Shown one piece after another: positions 51,866-64,000 of a stretch of DNA of 64,000 nt. The notes below the pieces were generated by a model. It ran no database searches. It saw nothing but the letters and a program-made list of their open reading frames with translations, and was not told where the DNA came from. Made by a program: the position numbers and the translations under genes. This stretch comes from Mobula hypostoma (taxonomy: Eukaryota). Location: contig NC_086108.1 in NCBI RefSeq assembly GCF_963921235.1, positions 91,452,001-91,516,000 on the forward strand. The letters run 5' to 3'. Each line of letters begins with the position of its first letter. The first letter of the stretch is position 1.

Positions 51866-52018
51866 TTACCATAAATAAAATAGCATCTATGGAAAGAATT
51901 ACAGCAAAAGAAAAAAAATTATCTACTTATCTAATAAGCTGAAATGCTAGCTACAAATAAGAATTAAGGTGAAAAATATTAAATCAATAATAAAAGTATA
52001 GTGCTAACGATAACATAC

Positions 52019-52052
52019 CGAAGAGGGTAAACAGACTTTGGGGCGTAACCAT
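52019..52052 (-). CDS. PTBP2: PTBP2 34-nt alternative exon (exon 10 equivalent); skipping causes a frameshift and NMD
   Basis: ctaaag|ATGGTTACGCCCCAAAGTCTGTTTACCCTCTTCG|gtatgt; translates MVTPQSLFTLF(G); required to keep the frame between the flanking exons. Confidence 0.96.
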
Positions 52053-52054
52053 CT

Positions 52055-52434
52055 TTAGAAGGAGAGAAGAGCAAGCAGCGTAAGACAGGAAGAGAGAAGA
52101 ATCGAGGAAGAGCGGAGATGAACAGATCATCCATAACGAAGGGTGGTTCCCGTAGAATGGTGAGGTGGTCATGGATCATGGTTCAAGGCAGTTAATTGGG
52201 GCAAGTTGGTCCGAGGAACATAAGCATGAACACAAGGAATGAGGCAGGGAAGGAGCAGATAGAGGGTTGGTATTGGGAAGGGTTGGGGAATCGTGAAAGA
52301 AACACAGGGTAAGACAAAGGGATGGGATGGGTAGGGGTGGAGCAATGCAGAAGAAAACAAGGAGTTGGGGAACAAAACAAAAATAAATATATAGGTCAGT
52401 ACACAGGAAATGCAGGAATTTGGTCAGAAAATGG
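52055..52434 (-). promoter_or_regulatory. AG-exclusion zone / extended CU-rich tract with distal branch point candidates upstream of the 34-nt exon
   Basis: No CT dinucleotide on the plus strand (no AG on the minus strand) from 52055 to 52434; CTGAC branch motifs with the branch A at 52396 and 52424. Confidence 0.85.
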
Positions 52435-54744
52435 CTGGCTCATGTACTTTACAAGAAAAATAGTGTTGAATGTAGTCACCCAAGACAAAATAAACATGGG
52501 TAAAGTACATTTATAATCAAAAAATTACAATATTTTATATTACATGAGAAAGTAAAAACAAATCATGCAAAAATGAATTTAGAACTGCATAATTATGGCT
52601 AGGTATGAAATGCAGGCAAATAAATATTTGAGAGGCATTCTAATTTAAAAATTACACCTAACTGCATGCAGATGTATAGCACAAAAAAATAAAATTATTT
52701 TCATTTAAATCTGTATGTTACTTTGAATTTTATAAATGAAAACAGACCATGGACAACTTCTCCTGTGAAGTGCTCAGATACAAGCCACATTTCATACCAG
52801 CTTTTGCTAAAGCCAAAATGAAAATAGAACACAACTAAATCATTTGAGAATAAAACAAAAAAAACTAGGTTTTACATAAATACGAGGTTTATAAAGGGAA
52901 ACTAAATGCAGTGAAAACTAGAAAGAATCTCAAATTCTTTGGAGAAAGCCTTTTAAGAAAGGCATCAAAGTAATATTTACTTGAAACAGGAATTTAGGAC
53001 AAACATGTGCAAGCATGACAATCAACAACACATTCAATTTTACAGAGAGAAACTGGCTGTTTGGCTTAACAGACTGATCTCCACATTGATAGCTCAAATA
53101 CCTCTTTCCAGCTTATTTCATGTTACTCCAACATATCAAGCTATTCCTTTCTCCCACTTTTGTTTCGTCGTTATAATGATTCTATAGTGAACTCTTAAAA
53201 CATTTTATCTAACAATGAGTGAAGCATTCTCGTTTTAGTGAACATTCTATTTATGTGCCCTCTTTTGGAGGTACACACTCTTTGGAAGGTTTCAAATATC
53301 AACAAAACTGAACCCATGTCAGACCCTTAATTCTGTCTTCCTGGATAGCACTGTCCCCTTAATTCTGGTGCCATCTTTACACTTTTTAAATATCCCTTTT
53401 ATTTTTTTTAATGACATGGAGATGATGCCAATGAGAACAATTGAATTCTATTTTCAAAGAAATGAAACTCAGTGCCTTACAGCACTTACTGGCTTTGGTA
53501 ATGTGCAACACACCTTGAACAGATGAACTTATACTCAGTTTTTTGACAATTTACCCTACTTAGATGCCATATTTCAAGATACAGCTAACTTATTTCTGAC
53601 CGAAATACACATCAATGTTTAAATCATCGATTTACATAAGCATTCCACAATTTTCTCTGTCTTCTTGTGCTGCTAAAAACAAAACCAAATTATACTTTAC
53701 AACAAAGTAAACTAACTGTACATACTTAATTTTCAGTTTCAATTATTTCAGTAAAGAACATAAGAACTAAATAGGGGTAGTGGCTAAATCTCAGTTCCAC
53801 ATTCCTGCACTAACCTCACATCCAATGATTCCTGTAATATACAAAATTTAAAAAAATAACCAAATCACTACATCCTCCTTAGGTAAAGAATTCCAGAAAC
53901 TCATTATGATTTGGATGAAGAATTTTCTTCACAACTCTTATCAGTTAATCTTTTTGAAAGTAATGCCTGATTCTGGATATCCAGATAAGGGAAGCATCAA
54001 TTCCACATCTACCCTGTCAAGCCCCTTAAAATTTTGTAGATTTTAATAAATCACTACTTCTTCCAAATTTGAGTGTATAGGCCCCACATATTTAATCTCT
54101 CCTTATACAAGAGCCCATCCAGGGCTGGTTCCACTGCACAGCCTCTCCTGCAAGTCTATCCTTCCACTTAAATCTAGGAGACCATTCAAGCATTTCAAAT
54201 ATAGTCCCATCCTACTCCATAGGGTCATAGATTTCTACTCTTCCTCAAGCTGTAGAATTGCAAATTTACATAAAAGATTAGATCAGCAAAAAGTAAAAAG
54301 TGGCACATTCATTCAAAATACAACAGCATTCCCTCTATATCTAACACAGCACTAAGTAACAATTTATTAATAGCATCTGCATAACTTGGTATGAAAGTTA
54401 GTTAGCCCAACTCATCCATGCTGACCAAGTTGTCTACCTGAGCTAGTCCCATTTGCCTGCATTTCGCCCACATCCCTCTAAAGCTTTCCTATCCACATAT
54501 TTATTCAAACACCTTTTAAGTGTTACAACCACACCAGCCTCAATATCAACTGGCAAATCTACAATCATTTTAGATTTTACAAATACACTTTTTCCCACCA
54601 CCAATGTATTTGTTTAATCATACACATTTTGATTCTGCATTTACAGAGAATTTAAACCTATGTAGACACAACAGAAAAAACAATGAATGAGAGGCACAAA
54701 CAAGTTAAACTAATGAACAAAAAATCCGTAAGAAATAAAATTAC

Positions 54745-54869
54745 CTCATCATTCAGATTGCTAACCAGGAGGACACTGTGGTTGGCAGAAGCAACTCCAG
54801 ACATTGCTACTCGGCCTGCAGCTGCTGCAGCACCAGGCATAGCCAAAGGGCTCAGTGATCCTGGAACAG
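54745..54869 (-). CDS. PTBP2: PTBP2 coding exon (exon 9 equivalent), RRM2-RRM3 linker and start of RRM3
   Basis: ttgcag|CT GTT CCA...GAT GAG|gtaatt; translates (A)[41 protein letters not shown]; 125 nt; phase matches the previous exon. Confidence 0.95.
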
Positions 54870-55589
54870 CTGCAACAGAAAAAATACTATTTAAAAATAA
54901 ATTCATTTTCTGTTATCCACAATTTAATTCCATCTGGAAATAACTGCTCTATTTAAAAATAGGCATTCTTAAAAAGTACTCTGCTTGGACTAGAAATTAT
55001 AAGCAAGATGATTCAATGAACAGTGTCCACATTTTTTGATGAATCACATTTACACGTGATGCAAGAATAGTTAGCTTCGTTTCTGCCAAAATTAAGCCAA
55101 TGTAAAACGGTAAAAGAACTGCAAGTAGACATACAGTGGATGCTGGCAACATACAGTTTTACTTCTCCTGTGTCTGATAGATAAACTGAGATAATCTCCT
55201 GAAGTTCACAGCTTGATATTGATGCAGATGGGATATGAAGCACTGAGGAAATGTTAGCACATTAATAATAATTTGTTTTGGTCAACAAGGCAAAAATAAA
55301 CCAGATGCTGGGAAAAAATGATACTACCCATGACTAATGTGAAAATTTATGCCAACTGTTGAAAGAGCAAATGCATATTCTACGCTTCTTCAAACAAGTA
55401 AACAGCCCTGCTCTTAGTCTTCTGCACAGACAATGGAACAAGTTAGAACAGATGCAAGCGTAACCTGTTTATATGGGGGGGGGGGGGAATGAGAATAAGC
55501 AGACAGCATCATTGCCATTCATCTTCTGAACAATGTTCTCTTTGATGCACAGTACCTACACATTGCCCATTCCTTAGGTTCCCTTTCGT

Positions 55590-57012
55590 GTCCGAATCAC
55601 TCATTGCTTTGAATAGACTCAGATATAATGTACCTGGTGGGACTCTGAAAACCCGTCCCATCCAACTGGCAGGAGTGTTCAAGGGCATCTTCAATGCTGC
55701 AGTTGGAAGTTCCCACCTGCCTCAAAAAAGTAGCAATCATACCAGTGCACAAGAGCAGGGAGAACTTCCTCAATGATCATTGCCCACTGGCACTAACATC
55801 TACTGTGAAGTGCTTTGAGGTTGGTCATGGCTAGCATCAACTCCTGCCTAACCAAGGATCTGCACCTGCTGCAATTTGCCTATCGCCACAATAGGTCTAC
55901 AGCAGATTCAATCTCAGTGGCTCTCCACTCAGCCTTGTATCACCTGAACAATAACAATACCCACATCAGGCTGCTGTTTATTACCTTCAGCTCAACATTC
56001 AGCACAATTATATCATCAGTTCTAATCAACAAGTTCCAAAACCTGAGCCTCTGTACCTCCCTCCACAAATGGATCCTTGACTTGCTGACTAGGAGACCAA
56101 AATGCGTGCGGATCAAAAATAATGTTCTCTTAGCTGACATCTTAAGGATGCATGTTTAGCCCACTTCTATTTTCTACACCCATGACTGTGTAGCTAGGCA
56201 CAACTCAAATGCCATTTACAAGTTTGCCAATGACACAACTATTGTTGGCAGAATTTCAAATGGTGATGAGGAGGCAAAATGCAGCAAGATAGATCAGCTG
56301 GTTGAGTAGTGTCACAACTTTCAACTCAACGTCATTAAGACCAAGGAATTGAGTGTGGACTTCAGGAAGGAGAAATCAAGGGAACACACAAACCAGTTCC
56401 CACTGAGAGATCAGAAGCAGAAGGGGTGAGCAATTTCAAGTTCCTGAGTATCAACATCTCTGAAGATCTATCCTGGGTCCAAGAAAACAATACAATTATA
56501 AAGAAGGCACAACAGCGGCTATGTTCCATTAGTTTGAGGAAAATTGGTAGGTCAAAGACACTTGCAAATTTCTACAGAAGTACTGCGGAGAGCATTCTAA
56601 CTGGTTGCATCACTGTCTTGATTGAGGGGTCAATACTCTGCCAGCACCATTATGGGCACTAACCTCCCCAGCATCCAAGACACCTTCAAAAGGCAATGCC
56701 TCAGAAAGACTGCATCCTTCATTAAGGGCCTCCATCAACCACAACATGCTCTCTTCTCATTGCTACCTTCAGTGAGGTGGTATAGGAGCCTGAAGACACA
56801 TAGTCAAGGTTTCAGGAACAGCTTCTTTCCCTCCACCATCAAATTTCTGAATGGACAATGAATCCATAAACACTACCTCATTATATTTTCCTCTTTGTAC
56901 AGCTCATTTCATATATAGTAATTTATAGTCTTTATTATGTACTGCAATGTACTGCTGCTGTAAACAGCACATTTCATGACATACGCCAGTGATATTAAAC
57001 CTAATTCTGATC
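55590..57012 (+). mobile_element. Rex1/Babar-like LINE fragment, antisense within a PTBP2 intron
   Basis: ORF 55815..56159 (LQFAYRHNRSTADSI..IRLLFITFSSTFSTI) and 56426..56861. Confidence 0.85.
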
Positions 57013-59529
57013 CTTAAGAGATGCGCTTCCATATCGGAGCTACATATTTCAGAAGATTTAAACCCACAGCATGCCCTCAGTCCTAATTTCTTCAGATAGA
57101 AGAAATACACTTTCAGAATCTACGCCATCAATTTCTTCCTAATTTTATATCTCAAAGACATCCAGAAACAGAGTACAAGCTAATATTCCTCAAGTCCAGA
57201 GTAATTAGTTTGCATCATACTGACTCCACACCAAATGTATCCTTCCTTGGCTAGATACCAAAGTGTACTGATAATCCAAATGAAGATTTACCAAAGCCCA
57301 AGAAAACACCAGCAAGGCTTCCTTGCTTTAGTACTCCAATCCTTTCAATAAAAGGAAACAATTTTTATCTAATTATTAGCTGTACCAGAATTTTAACTTT
57401 CTGAATCTTTCAAAACAGTAGACTCAAATCCTTCTACCCAACATTTTAACGTTGTAGCTTCTTACCATCAAAATGTAAAAATATCACATTTTATAAAAAG
57501 TTAATTGTCACTTTTCTGACATTTATCTAAATTCCTTTGCAGACTCTTACTACTCATTTTCACCTAGCTTTGCAGGTTTTCTTTACACTTAAACTGCAAA
57601 CCTAATACTAATTCCTGTAGCATTCCACTCCTAACAAACTGGCAACCTTTAAAAAAGCATAATAGCCAAGCTTTGAGCACAGATTTCCTGAGACAAGTGA
57701 CAAGATATTTTTTTTCCGATAAACAGCTCAACGTGCAAGAATTACTCAACCCTAGCTTCTGCATAATCCTCTGCAGCATTATAACCAATATCTGGAAAGT
57801 CTACAAAGACAGCTATTTCACTATGTAGTTACTACCATCTGAAAAATCTACAACTACCAGAAACTGGCTTGTTCAAGAGTTCATACCATATTCCACACTA
57901 GCACAGGTTTTAAACTCTTTCCAGAGTCCTAATCAACATCCTGAGAGTTGTATAAACTGCTAAAAAAAAATAGTATTTTCCAAAATATGGACAATTTATT
58001 CAAACAATAATAATGCAACTCTAACCTGCAGACTGTGTAAAGCTGATTGAAGATGGAAACCCAGACCCTCCACTGTATGGCCCAGACATCATTCCTGCAG
58101 GGGTACCTAACAATTGAAAGGCAAGTAAACAATTGGCTAATGTATATTACTTGTAACTGCATGAACAATGAGACACATTATCAATCTTTGTCTCCTTTCA
58201 TTTTCAAGTGTGGGAAGAGACAAACATGTAGTTGTACCCTGATTTAAATGTGCCTATTTTCACCACTAAGTAGAACTTCTCAGGAGAGGTTATGTCCACT
58301 GAACTCCAGCAAGCTGATCACTTCAGCATAACAAACAGGTATGGGCCTTTGCGTCTTCTGCACTACTTAATAAGATTATTGCTGTTTTCTTTTACTTCAG
58401 CACCTAAAACTGCACAATTCCCTTAATACCTAAAAATCCATTAATCTTTCATGACGTTACCTAATGACTGAGGGCCTACTGCTCTCTCACGCCAGGTGAG
58501 GAAAGCAAGCTGCTAAAGGAATTCAGTGGGTCAAGCAGCATCAGTAGAAGCAGAGGATTAGCTGATGTTTCCGACCTAGACACTGCATCAGCACTGAGAG
58601 GATAGTGGGGAGATAAAGCTGAGATAGTGCAGTATAGAGTTGAAAGGGAGCTGAAGCATGGACTGGTAGGTGATTGGCAGAACTAGGTAGGAGGGGAATG
58701 ATGGACAAATGAAGCCAGATTGGGAGGGGGAGGTTGGAATTGGGCGACAGCAGCTGGTGAGTAATAGAAGAGGACTGAAATAGGTAGGGGAAGACGTGTG
58801 TGGAAATAAGGGCAGCGCCAGGAAGGTAGTAAGCGGAATCGAGTAATTAAGAAAGGTGATAAGTGGAATCAGATAATGGAGGAATGATGAGCAGATGGGT
58901 GAGGGAACAGGATTTCCTATTCCCTCACCCATCGTGAGTTATAAGCAAATGGGAATCCAGGTGAGACAGATAAGAACCTTTAAAGAGGTAGGAGCACAAG
59001 GAATGAGGATTACTTTGAAAATGAAAATTCAAAGTACATACAATTGGGTTGTAGATTATCCAGGTGGAATACGAGGAATTTTTTTCTAGGTTGCCTTTGG
59101 CTTCACCTCAGCAAATTCCGTAATCGTTCTGAACAAATAACTTCCTATTTTGAGTCTATCAGCTTCTGGTTCTCAATATCCCTGTCAGAGATCCCTGACT
59201 TCACATTTGCCCAATAGACTCTGTAACAATTTGTCAGCTTTGCTAAAATCACCTATTCCAAACTGGAGAAGGATACACCCAGTCTGCTTCATCTCTTTTA
59301 ATACAATTCCAGGAATCAATTTGGGACACCTTCAATACAATTCCTATCACAAACAAGAGAAAATCTGCAGATGCTGGAAATCTGAGCACTGCACTGAGCA
59401 TTATTGGAAAACAGCAGTCAACGTTTCAGGCCAAAACCTCGACTGTGCTCTTTCCACAGATGTGGCCTGGCCTGATGAGTTCCTCCAGCATTTTGTGTGT
59501 GTTCCCTAAACCTGTTACCTTTGCCTTTC

Positions 59530-60330
59530 ATCCTGACAGGAACAAGCAAGCTTTGTACTCTCAAAATTTCACTTTTGAAGGCCCCCCACTTATCAAATTC
59601 ACCTTTGCCTGAAAACAGCCCGTCTTAAACCACACTTGCAAGATCATTTCTGATACCATCAAAATTGATTCTCCAACTTAGAATCTCAACCCATGGACCA
59701 GATCTAATCCTTTTCCATAATTACTTTGAAACTAATGTAGTTGAGATTACTAGATGCAAAGTGTTCCCCTACAAAAGCATCTGTCACGTGCCCTTCTCAT
59801 TCCTTAATAACAGATCAAATATCTCACACTCTCTTGCTGGGACATCCATGTATTGATTAAGAAAATTTTCCTGAACATATTTGACAAAGTCTATCCCATC
59901 TAATCTCTTTACAGTATGGGAGTCCCAGTCAATATGTGGAAACTTAAAATCACCAACTGTAATAACCTTATGTTTTCTGTCTACAAATTTGTTCCTCTAA
60001 ATCCACAGAGGGCTGGGTGATAGCCCCATCAACGTGGTCCTTTCTTATTCTACGCATAAAGCTTTACTAGACGAGTTCGCCAGTCTGTCCTGACTGAGCT
60101 CTGCCATGACATTTTTCCTAACTAATAGCGCACCGCTCCTCCTTTAATCCCTTCCACTCTTGTCACTTCTAGAACAATGGAACCCTAGAATATTGAGCTG
60201 CCAGTCCTGCCCCTCCTGCAACCAAGTCTCACAAATGGCTACAGTATAATTTCATGTGTTGACCCATGCCCTGAGTTCATCTGTCTTTCCTGCAATGTTT
60301 TTTGCATTGAGATGTATGCAACTCAAAACA
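59530..60330 (-). mobile_element. CR1 endonuclease-region fragment
   Basis: Parallels 40230-40900 (aaacttaaaatcaccaac = VGDFKF; caaccaagtctc..atggc = AIxETWL). Confidence 0.65.
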
Positions 60331-60734
60331 CAATCCTCAACCTTTTGCCAGTTTTTTTCAGAGGTCTTAACAACATGTCCACAACCATTCTGCTATTTGA
60401 TCTGGTGCACTTGTTCCCATCCCTCCCTCTGACAAAAAAACTATCTCTGTCCACAATATTTCAGATGCTGCCCTTACCAAGCTCTATACAAAAGGAACAA
60501 AGCATTTCTATTTTGTTCTCACCTACTCCAACTGACCAGATCTTCTACAATCTTTCTCCAGGTAAGAGCTTCCTTCCAGCTGTCTGTTAAACATATAGAG
60601 TATATGACCCATAGCCAATTTTGGGATCACCTGAAAATTTACACCCTGCACCCAGCCTAACATTTAGAGTCTGAAATTATTTATATTAGAAAATACAAGG
60701 ACTGAAACAAGCAATAACTGTCTTCACTATATTT

Positions 60735-61385
60735 TCACGGTTTCTGGAAGGATTGCCAGGATCCTGAAGAAATAGCGGATTAGTACCATCTTCAAACCCA
60801 TAAAGAAGCTCAAATCACAGCTTATGCAGCAGGTCAAAGATGACCTAGGACTCAGGACAGCTGGTATTGACAAGGTTCCCTGTAAATGCGAAGCAGCGTA
60901 TATCAACTAGATGGGATGACAGTGGAAATCCATATCAAGGAACACAGGAGGTACATCTATTTGGGTTACCCAGAGAAATCAATGGCAGCAGAACATTGCA
61001 TTCGCAATAGTCATAGGATTGATTTTGACAGCACAAAATTACTGTGCTGCACCATTGGCATTTGGGACCGCCTCGTGAAGGAAGCCATTGAAATAAATCT
61101 AGAGGAAAAGAATCTTAACAAAAGCCAAAGTCTCACTCTAAGAACTGGAATTCCATTGTAAACAAGGTGGGACAGCGGAAACTTGATAGGATGAGCACTA
61201 ACCAATCAAGAGGAACGGACGACGGGGATATAAATACCACCAGACTAAACATGCCAGGCATCACCCCTTATGACGATGGTAAAGTTTGTCATCAAAACAT
61301 CAGTTAAAATCGATACCTGTACCTGGCTGAAAGCTGAGAAGAATTTATCTGTCATTTACGTCAGGAGAACACTAAATCCGTTTTC
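60735..61385 (+). mobile_element. Penelope-like element of a second family (GIY-YIG endonuclease plus 3' repeat)
   Basis: Decayed AGIDKVPCKCEAAYI (GIY-YIG motif) then HIKEHRR..EKSMAAEHC..HRIDFD..DRLVKEAIEI; degenerate hammerhead at about 61265-61305. Confidence 0.8.
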
Positions 61386-61672
61386 GTCTTAACTTGAAAT
61401 ACCCTCAGCTTTGTTACTCCTTGCATGATATTTATATGAAACAAATTCCACGACAGCACCGTACAAGAGAAATACGGCATGATAATGGCCTAAGTTCAAA
61501 AATTGTACAAGATTTACAACTCCAATGTATCCTCAAATACCTAACATATTCAAACTGGGAGTCAAAATGTGGACATGCAACTTTCAAAAGCTAACCAGAA
61601 ATCTTTTTTTTAAACCCTCCAAACTAGCTTGTCCTGGAAAATAAAATTAGGGAAACAAACAGATTCTCCTAC

Positions 61673-61868
61673 CAAGAAGAGAGTTCTCCTTTGCAAACGC
61701 TGCAGCAATAGCAGGATCCATAGCTGGCTGGCCATCTCCTGAAGGAAGATCTGGACGAGTGTAGTCACGACTTTTATCATTGTTGTACTTAACATTCAAA
61801 TTGACCAACTTGGAAAAATCAATCCTGAGGGTACAGCAAGCATTATAGATGTTCTGACCATCCAGAGC
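61673..61868 (-). CDS. PTBP2: PTBP2 coding exon (human exon 8 equivalent), end of RRM2 plus linker; upstream exons lie beyond the window end
   Basis: Reverse complement reads ttccag|GCT...CTT G|gtagga and translates [65 protein letters not shown]; 196 nt. SKLVNLNVK and AAAFAKE.SLL are PTBP2-type rather than PTBP1-type. Confidence 0.96.
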
Positions 61869-64000
61869 CTGGAAAGATTAATTACAATGGGCACATCAGA
61901 GAATGAATCAGAAGCATTCAATTTTGTCAGCCAAGACAAAGAAATGCAGATCATTGACAAACCTTCAATATTTGGCAACCTTCATAAAATAGGGAACGAT
62001 TGAATTTTTAGTAAAAAGTGGATACTTAATTTGCTGTTAAGTGGAGAAAAAAATGTACATTTTTTTCTGCTTCAAAAGAACGACGTCTGATCAACATAGT
62101 CATTTGGTGACTGGCTTATTATTTTTCCCAAATTGATGCCTCAGTACAATTGTGCTTTCTCTCATTTCCAGTCTGAACTCTGAATTTTAATTACTCTTGC
62201 AGTTCTTTGATTTCAAGTACTAATTACCAAAATTAGAATGAACCAAAGTCAGTAGTTGGGAACATGAGGAAGACAATGCAGGTTACTTAAGAAGAAATTA
62301 AATGAGATAAAGAAATAAAGAGAGAGATAAAGAATATAGTAATTTTAAAATTGATATATGACCACATCAGGTGAAAGTTACTCCAGGGCACTGGAAGGAT
62401 CAAGAGAGGAAACAAAGCTCTCAAAATTATTTTCCAATCTTCTCCATCTCCAATTACAATTCTGTGTGATTGGAAGAGTTCTAACTAAATTAAGCTGGTT
62501 ATCAAACTTTTAGTCAACACATGTCAAATATCTAATTGTATGCAGTTCATCCTAACTGCAAGCAATTAAATTGTCCATTGACCTTCTGCATTAAAAGGAA
62601 TATAAGCCCATGGAAAATCTGTGCTGTATCTCCCTTCTGAAAACATATAGAACTGAAGAATACTTGAGAGATAGTTTGCTAATTACTGCACTTTTGGGTT
62701 GATAAACCTAAAAACAACAAGAATAAAACTCCAAAACAGACTGGCTTAATTCTACTCAATACCAAAATCACAAGCAACCTGACAGCATCCACGACAAATT
62801 AACCAACTCAACTAGCACTCCATTCTGCATGCTAAACATTTAATCTAAGCACTATTTCACCAAGATAGTAGGTAAGTTTAACAGTCATTGTAACAACTTG
62901 CCAATTCATCTTTGATACCCACAGACTGATGGCCTTCAAGCTGCACACCGTAACATCACTCTTCCTTTTGTGTTGGATCAAAATCCTGGAATTCTTAACA
63001 TAACAGAACAGGCAGTTGGCCTATAAAGATATATTCAAGGGCAATATAAATTTCAAGGATTAGGCAATTAATGTCATATTTTCCAGAGATGTCCACGTGC
63101 CATGAAATACTAAAACTTGCTCAGTTATCACTTGACCTCAACTCTAATCCCATTTTGAATGGCTCGCGATATTTTGTAACTGAGCTACATTAAAGCACTA
63201 CCCATTCTTACATGAAAAGGGAAAGCAGAAACCATGAAAGAACTGAATGAACAGCCAAAAGATAGAAGCAAACTATACAGAAGCAAGGAGATGAAAAGTT
63301 AAGGGAGGTGGGGAAAGGCAGAAAGAGTGACTTCTCCCTTCCCCAGACTGTGCTATTCAGTTATTTTACTTCTGGTAAGATAGCAGCAGGTTCAATTGCA
63401 GCAGCTTCTGCAAGGTCAATCAAATGTGTTATTTTCCTTTTTAAATGTGCTTTTTATTATCATAAGACCCTACTAAATATTAAGAACTTAAAATACCGCA
63501 GATCTACCCCATCAGCCAGTTGCTTGTTGGTGGAAAAAGTGAAGGAGCTGGACGATGAGGATCGTGCTGATGCCTGTGTCAGACAGATGTGTGGGAGGAG
63601 TCCGTACATGAAGGAGGAGTGCAGTGAAACAGTGATTGATTGGCTTAGTCACTTTGCTTGTGATCACAAGACCTTGCTGGACATTGTTCATGTGGAATGC
63701 TGCAAGTCCGTTTCACTGATGGTGGATGGCAGGGCGAGCTATGTGACCTCAGTCGGTAGTAAGGATGAGGCCTCAAGCTGTGGTGTGACCCGTTTACAGT
63801 CACCCAGGAGAGAGGCATCGAAGTCCATGTGCTCCACCAGAGGCACTGTGGTACAGCGTCAAGCTGGAGACTGTGCCCCCCCCCCGCCACCGTGTTCACT
63901 ATGAAGACAAGCTGTATTGTGTTCAGCTGCAACCCTCCTCCAACATTCATGGACTTGGACTATATATTTTTTTGTGAGACTGTATTTTACTGATGTATGT

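Noticed and set aside
54870..54890. Alternative upstream acceptor for exon 9 (a 15-nt extension exists in mammals, from memory)
   Set aside because: The nearest upstream AG here adds 17 nt and would shift the frame, so it is not supported as a coding variant.
63308..63904. 198-aa ORF on the plus strand
   Set aside because: No recognisable domain, non-ATG start, spans a compositional boundary, and lies antisense in a PTBP2 intron; probably an unclassified repeat.

Overview
Vertebrate genomic DNA, most likely from a cartilaginous fish (ray/shark-type repeat landscape; the taxon is inferred, not proven). The only host protein-coding gene I can support is the 3' half of PTBP2 (nPTB) on the minus strand. 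It has seven coding exons (human exons 8-14 equivalents, 61868 down to the stop at 47096), all with GT-AG boundaries and a continuous reading frame. Its post-transcriptional control module is readable in the sequence: the 34-nt frameshifting NMD exon, a 380-nt AG-free zone with distal branch points, downstream UGCAUG sites, a NAGNAG acceptor, and miR-124/miR-133 sites and two AATAAA signals in the 3' UTR. The rest (1-45 kb and the introns) is mostly decayed, often nested transposons: CR1, RTE, Rex1/Babar-like LINEs, Penelope-like elements, V-SINE-like SINEs, and Tc1, pogo-like and hAT elements. Most ORF-track entries are fragments of these or spurious. The most interesting feature not explained by genes is a family of minimal type-I hammerhead-ribozyme motifs in the Penelope terminal repeats, one of which has an intact core and lies in sense orientation inside a PTBP2 intron. 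I found no evidence for a wholly new protein-coding system.
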